NCBI RefSeq assembly: GCF_001465295.1
Contig: NZ_CP011034.1
Location: 750,001-782,000, forward strand
Direction: 5' to 3'
Source: Pseudoalteromonas translucida KMM 520
GTDB taxonomy: Bacteria; Pseudomonadota; Gammaproteobacteria; Enterobacterales; Alteromonadaceae
Length of the DNA stretch: 32,000 nucleotides
Part shown: piece after piece, positions 19,455-28,404 of the stretch
How the letters are laid out: each line of letters starts with the position of its first letter
How positions within the stretch are numbered: position 1 is the first letter of the stretch
The notes under the pieces: model-generated
Databases searched by the model: none
Seen by the model: the letters and a program-made list of their open reading frames with translations, nothing else
Told to the model about the DNA's origin: nothing
Made by a program: the position numbers and the translations under genes

Positions 19455-20819
19455 TTATTGCAGCATAAAGGTTTCGTATTCTAAATCTTCAAACTGTTTA
19501 GATAACCAAAACAAACCCACAACTGAGCTAATAACAGTTGCAAATGCAAAGCCATAGCCATAAAACTGCGGCCCAAGTGCTACCGACAAATAGGTAAAAA
19601 CAACATTTACGACTAAAAATATTGCTGCGAGTACCAGCACAGTAAAACGTTTATCTAAATAAAATAAAATATTGAGTATTGATAAAAAGATAACCTGTAC
19701 ACCCACACCCACTACATCGATAAATAATAAGGTTTTGTAGTTAGGATCTATACCTATAAAAGTGAGTATTTGCTCACCCCAAAGTAATAAGCAAGCTACG
19801 GTAATACCCTGAATTTTAAATATATCGTATAAACCACCTTGGGCAGTTTGTATCATATTATCTTTTAATAGATAAATTTCATTTAAAGAGGCACCTTCGC
19901 GTATTGCAGTGTAAAAACGGTCGTACTCCTCAACAAAGTCAGTTTCCATTCTTACTAAAAACACGGCCATACCAGGAATAATAGACAAGTAGGCTAAAAA
20001 TATGGGTAAGTCGTAAATAGGACTTGCCCTGAGAGTGCCAATAATTTCAATTGAAGTACTAGGAGAGTACCAAAAAATAATTTTATCAGCCCAAACACCT
20101 ATATTGTAAAACAAGCCACAAAAGAACAGGCTGTAATACACTTTTTTATTATTTAAAAAATCAAAGCTAATTAACTTATCACCAGGATAGCGGCGAATAA
20201 TCATAAATAAAAAGCTAAAAAATAACAGCGCTTCGCCAGCAAAAAAAGCAAAAAACAACCCGTCTAATTGCCAATCTCTTAGTAAATATGCCAGTAATAC
20301 CATAAAAGAATAACCACTAAGCATGGTAACTAAAATAAGCCGATACTCTTTCATACCCGATAAAAATATAGCCCCAAGCCATTGATTACATAAGCCAACA
20401 AATGCACCTAAAATAATTAATTTAGTCACCACTGGCAGTGGTAATAATGGCCACACAGCAAGGCCAACGAGTAACGCAGCTATGGTGGTAACTAATTGCG
20501 CGCCAAGTAGGTTAGGCAGTATTTGACCATCATCTTTAGTAAAAAGCAGGTCGGCAATAAAACGCGTTAATAATAGCTGTAAGCCGCCGGTTAAAATAAG
20601 CGAGGCGGCCATCATGTAGGTAACTAAGGTTAAAAATTGAATGATCAGTACTTTTGGTAGCACAATGCCCAAGCTTAAAATACCAATAAGCATTAAAGCA
20701 ATAATTGATAGTAACCAAGGGCCTGAGCCAATTAATCCAGCGTAACCGTAAGCTTCAAATACTGAAAGCAGGGTGTTTTTTTTGAGAATCTTACGTATCT
20801 CAAAACCTATTCCGGCCAT
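19455..20819 (-). CDS. pelG: Pel polysaccharide biosynthesis inner-membrane protein PelG (MOP/PST-like, ~12 TM)
   Basis: 454 aa. The N-terminus MAGIGFEIRKILKKNTLLSVFEAYGYAGLIGSGPW resembles the P. aeruginosa PelG N-terminus as I recall it. The protein is uniformly hydrophobic. Its ATG overlaps the pelF 3' end by 13 nt, and it is the last gene of the seven-gene block. Confidence 0.85.
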   Translation of the reverse strand: MAGIGFEIRKILKKNTLLSVFEAYGYAGLIGSGPWLLSIIALMLIGILSLGIVLPKVLIIQFLTLVTYMMAASLILTGGLQLLLTRFIADLLFTKDDGQILPNLLGAQLVTTIAALLVGLAVWPLLPLPVVTKLIILGAFVGLCNQWLGAIFLSGMKEYRLILVTMLSGYSFMVLLAYLLRDWQLDGLFFAFFAGEALLFFSFLFMIIRRYPGDKLISFDFLNNKKVYYSLFFCGLFYNIGVWADKIIFWYSPSTSIEIIGTLRASPIYDLPIFLAYLSIIPGMAVFLVRMETDFVEEYDRFYTAIREGASLNEIYLLKDNMIQTAQGGLYDIFKIQGITVACLLLWGEQILTFIGIDPNYKTLLFIDVVGVGVQVIFLSILNILFYLDKRFTVLVLAAIFLVVNVVFTYLSVALGPQFYGYGFAFATVISSVVGLFWLSKQFEDLEYETFMLQ

Positions 20820-22324
20820 GCCATTGTATCCTTATAAAGTTTATCGTAACGAGCAAACATATGGCTCTCATCATAAAATTTTTGTACCCGTTCAAGGCCA
20901 CTTTTTTGATATTCGCGCCACCTTTGCTCGTTTTGTAATATATTTATTATTTGCTGAGCAGTTTCACTAGGGGAGGCTATTGCTACTACTTCGCCAGCTT
21001 TGCCAAAGGTTTTGTCTTGTGCGGTTGCGCCTTCGATTATTTCGCGGCAAGAACCTACATCAGTGGCTAATACAGGCACGCCAGCTGCCATTGCTTCTAG
21101 TAATACTAAAGGCTGCGCCTCAGATATTGAGGTGAGTGCGACAACGCCTAATTTAGGCAGTATTTCAGCAATGTTTTGCATGCCTAAAAATTTCACATTG
21201 TCGATTAAGTCTAAGCTGTCGACCAATAACTGGCATTCTTGATAATATTTAGGATCTTCCTCAAAAGGGCCAATTATCCAGCCCTCTAGGGTGGGTATAA
21301 TAGATTGTGCTTCTTTAATTGCGCGTATAAAGGTTTTTATATCCTTAATAGGCACAACACGGCCAATTAACCCTACTACCATTGGCGTTTTTTCTGGGCG
21401 TTGTAACAGAGCTTTTTTAAAACGTACTGTTTTAATGCCATTAGGTACCACAAGGGTTTTTGCCGGCTCTGCGCCATCTTTAATTTGGCGTTGCTTATTA
21501 CCATCGTACAAAGAAATAATTTTAGTTGCTTGTTGGTACGTTGTACGGCCAATTTGCTCAAAAAAGTTGATCCACATACGCCGAATAAAGCCCATTTCGG
21601 TATTTAAATTTTTACCTAAGCTCTGCTCCGAATCTTTGATCCAACTTGCTTGAATTAAATCAATTTTACGCTCTTTAGTGTATATACCATGCTCGGTAAG
21701 TAAAAAAGGCGTGTCACTTATCACACTGGCTCCAGAGCCTAAAATACCCGCGTAGCCTGTTGATATAGAATGAATTAGTTTTACTTTAGGCAAGCCTCTA
21801 GCTATTTCTGCTATTTTAAATAACGGCTGATATAAATTACGGTATGACCAAAAAAAGTCGATAAATGACGATTCATCACAATAACTTAAATAGTATTTTG
21901 AAAGCACTTGCCAAGATGACTCACTATATAAAAAATCGGCAGCATTAATGCCATCTTTTTTGCCGAGTGTTTCAAAAGCAAATTTTAATAACTCAGTGGG
22001 TATTGGATCGTTACAGTCACGAAAGTAGCTTTGCAGCTGTTGCCAAAAATCAAACAGCTCCTGCTTATATTTAGTGCCATGCTTCGCTTTTATTTCAGTG
22101 GTGTTATTTTCAATTAAATAATGAACATGTAATTTAGTGACATTATTAGGTAGCTGGTATTGAATTTCGCCGTAGTGCTCAGGTGCGCCGCCCAAAAATA
22201 CCAACTCAAAATTATAATGTGGTAAGCCTTCAATTATTTGGTGCACCCAACTTGATACGCCACCGCGGACATATGGGTAGGTGCCTTCTAAAAGTAGTAA
22301 TATGTCAGCATTTTTTTCAGCCAT
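20807..22324 (-). CDS. pelF: Pel glycosyltransferase PelF (GT4 family)
   Basis: 505 aa from ATG 22324. The N-terminal motif ILLLLEGTYPYVRGGVSSWVHQ is the PelF hallmark. The GT4 E-x7-E motif is present (SISEAQPLVLLEAMAAGVPVLATDVG). The start overlaps the pelE stop in ATGGCTGA, with GGAG upstream. Confidence 0.92.
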   Translation of the reverse strand: MAEKNADILLLLEGTYPYVRGGVSSWVHQIIEGLPHYNFELVFLGGAPEHYGEIQYQLPNNVTKLHVHYLIENNTTEIKAKHGTKYKQELFDFWQQLQSYFRDCNDPIPTELLKFAFETLGKKDGINAADFLYSESSWQVLSKYYLSYCDESSFIDFFWSYRNLYQPLFKIAEIARGLPKVKLIHSISTGYAGILGSGASVISDTPFLLTEHGIYTKERKIDLIQASWIKDSEQSLGKNLNTEMGFIRRMWINFFEQIGRTTYQQATKIISLYDGNKQRQIKDGAEPAKTLVVPNGIKTVRFKKALLQRPEKTPMVVGLIGRVVPIKDIKTFIRAIKEAQSIIPTLEGWIIGPFEEDPKYYQECQLLVDSLDLIDNVKFLGMQNIAEILPKLGVVALTSISEAQPLVLLEAMAAGVPVLATDVGSCREIIEGATAQDKTFGKAGEVVAIASPSETAQQIINILQNEQRWREYQKSGLERVQKFYDESHMFARYDKLYKDTMAWPE

Positions 22325-23300
22325 GCCAGTACTCCTGTAAATGGCGTAGTTCGCTACCTTCAGGTTGTTTAGGAAGCTCATTTAAATAGCGCTTACAATC
22401 ATCTAATTGGCCCATGTAAAAAGCAACTTCGGCTTTATATGGCAATACATGGCGCAGCGCCATGCCAAATTCAGTAGCGTGTGTTAAGTGCGTTAGTGCT
22501 TGCGGGTATTTGTTTAGCGATAAACAAATACGCCCTAATAACACAAAGGTGGCAGGGGCTTTTACATGCTCAACACTTTGCAGAGCCAGTAGCTCTGCTT
22601 TTTCTAGTACGTACGATTTTAGCGCGCCCTGGGCTAAGCCTAAATAACTTAGCTCCCAGTACAGCTCAGCGAGTTGTTGTTGTAATTTAGCTAATTCGGG
22701 TTGCGTGCTTGTTAAGGCAATTTCTTGCTGATATTGGCTTATTTTTTCGTTAATTTTAGTTTCTTTGCCATCGAGTGTTGAATAAGCGAGTAAACGAATA
22801 TCATCTTCTAGGTCTTTAAGCGCAAGTTTTAAAATAGGAATAGCGCGTGCATCACTCATGTGACGCGCAGACATTACAGCACTTAAGCGCTTATTAGGCT
22901 CACTGGCGTGTTTTAAAATAGCTTTTAAGCCACCAATAGAATAAGACGGATTTGCCGAAGTCATTTTAGCTTCAAAGGGAAGCACTGGGATTTTATGTTC
23001 TTCTATTTCAATGTCGTCATTTTTGATTGGTTTACATAGGGCAAAGCTTAATGCAAATACAACGCCTATAATGCCAAGTATGGGCAGTGAAAGCAGTAAT
23101 AAAAATAAAAACAAAACACTGCTAAATGGGGTTGTTTTGTATTTTACAGGAATGAGTGTATAGCTAATAAAAGCATAAAAAAGGCTAGCTAATGCATGGA
23201 GTAAAGTAACAATTAGCCAGTTGGGAGTGTCGAGTATTTGCAGTAATGCAAAATATTCGCATATACACCCTAATATGGCTGCAATGATAATTTTAATCAT
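22317..23300 (-). CDS. pelE: Pel biosynthesis inner-membrane protein PelE (N-terminal TM helices plus TPR-like cytoplasmic domain)
   Basis: 327 aa. Hydrophobic segments in residues 1-95, then helical repeats with a C-terminus like LGRICLSLNKYPQALTHLTHATEF...AEVAFYMGQLDDCKRYL. Assigned mainly from size and position between pelD and pelF. Confidence 0.7.
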   Translation of the reverse strand: MIKIIIAAILGCICEYFALLQILDTPNWLIVTLLHALASLFYAFISYTLIPVKYKTTPFSSVLFLFLLLLSLPILGIIGVVFALSFALCKPIKNDDIEIEEHKIPVLPFEAKMTSANPSYSIGGLKAILKHASEPNKRLSAVMSARHMSDARAIPILKLALKDLEDDIRLLAYSTLDGKETKINEKISQYQQEIALTSTQPELAKLQQQLAELYWELSYLGLAQGALKSYVLEKAELLALQSVEHVKAPATFVLLGRICLSLNKYPQALTHLTHATEFGMALRHVLPYKAEVAFYMGQLDDCKRYLNELPKQPEGSELRHLQEYWHG

Positions 23301-24594
23301 GAAATTCGACCAATCTTTTTAAATCGTCGTTATTAATAGGCAATGCTATTTGTTGCTCGATCACTATGCCTAAATCATTCAGATTTTTACCCGTACGTTC
23401 TTTGCTCCAGCTATTTAAACGAGCAATGAATCCTGTTTTTTCAAGTTCGTCAGCCAAAGGCATAAGTAGCAGTAATGTTTGCTTTTCGTTGTTATACAAA
23501 TAAATATCTAAACCACGGCGAGCTTCGCTTAAATATTTCATAAGTTGACGCGATTCAGTATTAATATTTGTAGCCGTTATTTTTAATAAATGAGACGGGA
23601 TTTTATAACGTTTAGCTTCTTTATTTGCACGTTTTACTTGTTTAACAAAGGAGGGCGCTTCACTGGCTTGCATTACCGGGTTAGTTATTTCGTGACGGAG
23701 TAAGTCACCAATGTGTCCAGCCATAACTGCAAGTAAAGTAAGCGTGGTGTTTTTAAGAGCAAAAAATTGCACTTTTTCGACTAATACAACACCATAAATA
23801 GTGTCGCTAATATCTGTCATTGGAATAGCAATATGGTACTTGCTTATACCTAAAGAAGCTTTTACGTCTTTTACCGATACTAATTCGTTTTCTGCAAACA
23901 TAGCACTGACAAGCGGATCTGACATAGATACAGTATTCATTTCACCAATTGCAGCGAGTGGCGGATCTACAATGATGTTGTTTTCAACCTTGTATATGCC
24001 CGCTTTTTCTAATGTTCCGTATTCAACAAATAGATTTAAAATACTTTGTGCGGCGCTATCTAAACACCTTTCTTCTAGCTGCCCAATCGACTCTCTTACT
24101 TCTTGCAGTGATTCTCTTAAACTAAGTGTATGGCCAGCAAGCACTTGCTCAAGGCGATCATGCGAGGAGCTAATAAGATGATATTGACGGGTAAATACCT
24201 CTAATCGTTCGGTTACATATTCTAATTGAATAGTTTGTCTTTGATTGGTGCGATCCCATACATCTCTAAACTCGCCAGTGATCATAATGACAATAACATA
24301 ACCTAAAATAGCGTTAATATTAAAGCCACTTTGGGGCGTTAAAATATCTGTTTCTACAAGCAGCAGTTGGCCAATAAGCAAACTTAGTATGCTAATAAAG
24401 CCTTTTGAAAAGCCGTAACGTAATGCAACTAGCAGAGGGCCTAAAACCGGCCACGAAAACCCACCTTGCGTCCAAAAGGGATCCGCTGTGTTAAACAGCA
24501 CGGGTAGCCCTAAAGCCAGCGCGGTAAATATAAATACCTCAGCCCATATCTGTAGCTCAGGAACCTCTCTTGGGCGAAAGAAATGTGTTTTCAC
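23293..24594 (-). CDS. pelD: c-di-GMP receptor PelD (TM + GAF + degenerate GGDEF with I-site)
   Basis: 433 aa with a GTG start in a GTGA overlap with the pelC stop. About 4 N-terminal TM helices and a cytoplasmic remainder. No GGDEF or GGEEF motif is visible, but an RxxD motif (R360-G-L-D363, 23506-23517) sits near the C-terminus where the PelD I-site lies. Position in the operon also supports the call. Confidence 0.8.
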   Translation of the reverse strand: MKTHFFRPREVPELQIWAEVFIFTALALGLPVLFNTADPFWTQGGFSWPVLGPLLVALRYGFSKGFISILSLLIGQLLLVETDILTPQSGFNINAILGYVIVIMITGEFRDVWDRTNQRQTIQLEYVTERLEVFTRQYHLISSSHDRLEQVLAGHTLSLRESLQEVRESIGQLEERCLDSAAQSILNLFVEYGTLEKAGIYKVENNIIVDPPLAAIGEMNTVSMSDPLVSAMFAENELVSVKDVKASLGISKYHIAIPMTDISDTIYGVVLVEKVQFFALKNTTLTLLAVMAGHIGDLLRHEITNPVMQASEAPSFVKQVKRANKEAKRYKIPSHLLKITATNINTESRQLMKYLSEARRGLDIYLYNNEKQTLLLLMPLADELEKTGFIARLNSWSKERTGKNLNDLGIVIEQQIALPINNDDLKRLVEFHD

Positions 24595-25121
24595 TCACTA
24601 ACCTCTATGTAAGATAGTAAATCGGCTATGACATCTTGGGCTACTGCAGCAATGCTGTCTCGTCCCCAACCGCTTTTAGCAATTGTGCCTGTCCACAGTG
24701 GTGTTGTTTGGCCGTTAGCCGTTAATGATAGAGTTAAAGCAACCACAGGTTCGCCGTCAAGTCCTGCTTTATAACGCCACTCTTCAATGCTGCCGCTAAT
24801 AATATAATCGGCTTGTTGCGTGCTTAGCCACTGCATTGCGTTATCTACACGGTATTGATCGTCTAGCGGTGGTAGCTCTTTATTGTTAGTGCGTGGTGCA
24901 CGAATTAAAGTAGGCAGCTTATTTTGCTGCCAAATACTGGCTAAAATATCCTCTGCACGTTCACCAGCAAGCGGTGTTTGCGCATGATTTACAAGTGGTA
25001 ATAATGCCACTGTTGTAGTTGGTCTAAGCTCAACATCATCAGCCACATGGCTGGTTGTACAAGCTGATAAAACTAATACCAAACATGGTATAACTAAACG
25101 AAACATAATCTCTCCTAACAT
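24591..25121 (-). CDS. pelC: Outer-membrane lipoprotein PelC
   Basis: 176 aa. Signal peptide with lipobox LSAC (Cys21). The ATG overlaps the pelB stop in TAATG; an alternative ATG lies at 25106. Size and position match PelC. Confidence 0.75.
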   Translation of the reverse strand: MLGEIMFRLVIPCLVLVLSACTTSHVADDVELRPTTTVALLPLVNHAQTPLAGERAEDILASIWQQNKLPTLIRAPRTNNKELPPLDDQYRVDNAMQWLSTQQADYIISGSIEEWRYKAGLDGEPVVALTLSLTANGQTTPLWTGTIAKSGWGRDSIAAVAQDVIADLLSYIEVSE

Positions 25122-28100
25122 TAAAAATGTACGTAATATCCTAATTGTAATTGTGTATCTGAGTTACCCACTTTATTACTACTTTGATAACCCAGCTGTA
25201 ATCTAAATAAATCATCGCCCAAAATAGACCAACCCGCACCACTTGAAACTGAAATATCAAGCGTGTCGTTAAGGGTTTGATAGCCTGTACTTATGTCAAA
25301 TAACCACGAAGGGCTAGCGCCTAAATAAGGTGGCTCTAGCGATCCTGTAGATGCAAATGAAGTGCCTAGGGCTAAACGCCTAAAAGGCTGAAGATCGATT
25401 GGCAATAAATTAGCTTCATTATTAATAAAGGTATTTACAGGGTCAAAATCTTGCCATTGCGCGCTAAAGTAGGTGCTCCATACAGGGCGGTCTTTTAAAA
25501 TGTTGTATTGGTATCGGGCATTGTATTCTTGCCCGCTTACTATGCTGCTGTTATCACTTCTACGTGAAAAAGACAGTGCAGATCCAGAGAGTTGCACGCT
25601 TTGTCTGCCATCAATGTTGTAGTTTATATATGCGGTGGCTTTATCTAGTTGGGCAAAACTTAATAGTGTTTCAGATTGGCGGTTTTCTACATTATGCTCA
25701 AGCTTTAAACCTACTTGAGTGCGCGAATCCCATTGGTAACGAGTATCTAAACTAAGCCCTTGACGACTCGCTAATGTGCCTTGGTGAGTATCAATTTTGG
25801 CATCAAAATACCATCGGCCCCAAGTCATTTTATCTTCGATAGCAAACAGTAAGCCATTATTGTTAAGGTTTTGCTGGTTACTAATACTTAATTTCCATTG
25901 GCCTTTTGCATAGGGAAAATACACGTTTACATCATATTGGCTGCTGTTTAAGCCGGCTTCAGGCGAAAAGTTCACCTCAAGCGCTCTAAAATAAGCATTT
26001 CGTGCGTTGCGTAATAAACTAGTTTGCGCCGCTGTAGGCTCATTTGTTAATGTTTCATACCAACGCTGCATGGTGGCATAAGGTTGTTTTAAATACAGTA
26101 GTGCATTTAATTGATCAAGCTCACTTAAGGTGTTTTCAGTAAGTTGTTGCTCAACGTTATTAAACTCACCGTTAATCATATTTAACTGCAGAGTTTGCCA
26201 AGGCGCTAAGTTTTTTGCGGCTCGTCTGGCTAGCCACCAATTTGCAACAGGCTCACCAATAGTGTCGGGTGCAAGTTCATCCATAGTATTAAATTGCATT
26301 AAATGCGGCACAGCCATAGCTCCCGCCCAGCGGTACATTAGTCCTCGGTAAGCGTATTTATCTTTAGGTAAATGCTGCAATAGGTAATGCTGTAGCTCAG
26401 TGGCGTTGGCGTTATAGCCAAGCAGCTGCATAATGTCGGCTAAATTAACTAAGGTGGTTAAATCTTTTGGGTTACTTATAGCTAATTGGCGCAAATAAAA
26501 GTATGCACTGTTATACGATTTTTCATAAATAGATAAACTAGCTAAAAGTTGCGCCCAATTATAAGAGGGCTCAGTTTGCGAATAATTAGCTAGTATACGT
26601 TTTATCATTATGGTGTCGTGCATTTGCAGCGCTAACCAGCCTTGGGCAAGGACTACATCAGGATTATATTCACTGAGTTTTGCCGCTCTGTTAAGGGTGG
26701 TATAAGCAGAGTTTAAATCGTTTTGATTTTGATACCAATTCGACAGTAAAGACCATGCTGGATAAAGCTGTTTATTGTAGCGCTGTTTTTCAAGTTCGTT
26801 GTGTACGCGAGCAATAGAGTCTACGTCGTTAAGCTGCACGCTCAGTTGCGTAACTTGAATAAGCTGCCTAGCACTCAGTGGTACTTGTTGCCATAGGTAA
26901 TCAAGCAAGCCTTTGGGGTTCCCCTCAAAACGTAATTGCTGATACTGCTGCATATCACCAACACTCAGTGGGCTAATTTCTTTTAATTGCTCATAGGCAT
27001 ACAATTCTTCTTTTTTATTTTGCAGTCTTAAGGCCATATCAACACGGGCACTCCAAAACTCATCGTCGGTGCTTTGTTGTTTTTGCTGTAAAATAGTGAG
27101 CGCAGTTTTATAGTCTTCTGCTAGCCAAAATGCGCGTGCCAGCCATAATAAATTTTCTTCGTTTTTAGGGCCTTTATAGCTAGGCCATAACGCTCTTAAC
27201 CCCTTTAAGTTACCGGTATCGTGCAATACTTTTGCTTTCCAATATTGCGACAGTAAGCTTTTGCCATTAATTTGCTCAAAACGCTCTATATTATTGAGCT
27301 CTTGCTCTGGGTTACCAATAAATTCATTAGTTTGCATCCAACGAACGAAGCCCTTATCAGAGAGTTGTCTATTTTGCGCTTTATATTGAAAAATATCGTT
27401 GGCGTCTTGGTACAAATATAGCGCTACGGCGTCATTAATGCTGTCGGTTAACATGGCAACGTTAACGGCATGGTTGGCCATTAGCCATTTAAATTCTACA
27501 AGTGCTTGTTCTGGCTTATTTAGCCAACGTTTCATTTTCCAATTAAGCAAACGTAGCTCTTTATCGTTTGGGTTATTGATTAATAGCTGTGTTAATAATT
27601 GCTCAGCACCTTGGGTGTTACCATCGGCTAGGCGCAAATACATTGCCTTAGTTAGGTATTCGTTATTATTAGGCTCTTGCTTGAGTAAATTTTCGATAGC
27701 ACTGGCGGCATCTTGGGTATTACCGGCTAGGTTTGCTAAATAAAGGGTACGCTTTATATTTGTGCTATTGCCATATGTTTTCCACCAAGCATAGGCTTGC
27801 TCAGGGTTATTTGCTCCCAGTGCAGTGGTTATGGCTTTAGGCGCAATATCTGCATTAATATTGTTTTTATATATTGCGAGCGCTTTAGCAGGCTCCCCAG
27901 CACTCAGCCAGTAATCGGCAGCGAGTAAAGGCTGTGCATTTTGCTGATAGTAAAGCGCCACTTTAGCATGTAAGCCAAGGGCTTTAGCTATGTTAAGTAT
28001 TTGCTCGTCCCAGTTTTTTAGCGCACCTACTTTTAACGATAGCTCCTCAAAGCGGTCGTCTTTCTTTGCATCATTTGCTAACCACAAAGCGTACATTAAT

Positions 28101-28402
28101 TGAATTTCAAGTAGTGATTTTTTATCGCTTTTAGGTAGTTTTTCAAGTTCACTGGTGGCAGCTGCATATTCACTGAGTTTAATGTGCAGTTCAATTAACT
28201 TTGCACGTAACTTTTCGTTATTAGGATCGGTACTAAGCGCAGCATTTAAATACGATTTTTCAAAGGTGTAATCTTGCGATAGCGCTTCTTTTTCAAAAAA
28301 TAAAGTACGCGGAAATAACGCATAAAGTGCAAAACAGCTTACGGCTAATATAACTAAAATCGTTTTTAAAGAAATTAACTGAGGGCGCTTTTTATTAGTC
28401 AT
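25121..28402 (-). CDS. pelB: PelB: periplasmic TPR scaffold fused to a C-terminal outer-membrane beta-barrel export porin
   Basis: 1093 aa. N-terminal TM/signal anchor, then about 750 aa of helical-repeat sequence rich in A/L/Y/W/N (for example ALYYQQNAQPLLAADYWLSAGEPAKALAIYK). The last ~300 aa have an alternating beta-strand pattern ending ...LQLGYYVHF, an OMP C-terminal Phe signature. Confidence 0.85.
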   Translation of the reverse strand: MTNKKRPQLISLKTILVILAVSCFALYALFPRTLFFEKEALSQDYTFEKSYLNAALSTDPNNEKLRAKLIELHIKLSEYAAATSELEKLPKSDKKSLLEIQLMYALWLANDAKKDDRFEELSLKVGALKNWDEQILNIAKALGLHAKVALYYQQNAQPLLAADYWLSAGEPAKALAIYKNNINADIAPKAITTALGANNPEQAYAWWKTYGNSTNIKRTLYLANLAGNTQDAASAIENLLKQEPNNNEYLTKAMYLRLADGNTQGAEQLLTQLLINNPNDKELRLLNWKMKRWLNKPEQALVEFKWLMANHAVNVAMLTDSINDAVALYLYQDANDIFQYKAQNRQLSDKGFVRWMQTNEFIGNPEQELNNIERFEQINGKSLLSQYWKAKVLHDTGNLKGLRALWPSYKGPKNEENLLWLARAFWLAEDYKTALTILQQKQQSTDDEFWSARVDMALRLQNKKEELYAYEQLKEISPLSVGDMQQYQQLRFEGNPKGLLDYLWQQVPLSARQLIQVTQLSVQLNDVDSIARVHNELEKQRYNKQLYPAWSLLSNWYQNQNDLNSAYTTLNRAAKLSEYNPDVVLAQGWLALQMHDTIMIKRILANYSQTEPSYNWAQLLASLSIYEKSYNSAYFYLRQLAISNPKDLTTLVNLADIMQLLGYNANATELQHYLLQHLPKDKYAYRGLMYRWAGAMAVPHLMQFNTMDELAPDTIGEPVANWWLARRAAKNLAPWQTLQLNMINGEFNNVEQQLTENTLSELDQLNALLYLKQPYATMQRWYETLTNEPTAAQTSLLRNARNAYFRALEVNFSPEAGLNSSQYDVNVYFPYAKGQWKLSISNQQNLNNNGLLFAIEDKMTWGRWYFDAKIDTHQGTLASRQGLSLDTRYQWDSRTQVGLKLEHNVENRQSETLLSFAQLDKATAYINYNIDGRQSVQLSGSALSFSRRSDNSSIVSGQEYNARYQYNILKDRPVWSTYFSAQWQDFDPVNTFINNEANLLPIDLQPFRRLALGTSFASTGSLEPPYLGASPSWLFDISTGYQTLNDTLDISVSSGAGWSILGDDLFRLQLGYQSSNKVGNSDTQLQLGYYVHF

Positions 28403-28404
28403 TA

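Noticed and set aside
22325-22381. N-terminal extensions in the ORF track. pelF is extended by 19 codons to 22381. Similar non-ATG or upstream starts are given for rpoS (2632), mutS (6294), pncC (6241), recA (6848), the TonB receptor (10132), acs (11874) and purU (17246).
   Set aside because: Internal ATGs give N-termini that match homologues and have better-placed Shine-Dalgarno sequences. For pelF the ATG at 22324 also creates the typical ATGGCTGA stop/start overlap with pelE. The extensions would overlap neighbouring genes or add non-conserved residues.
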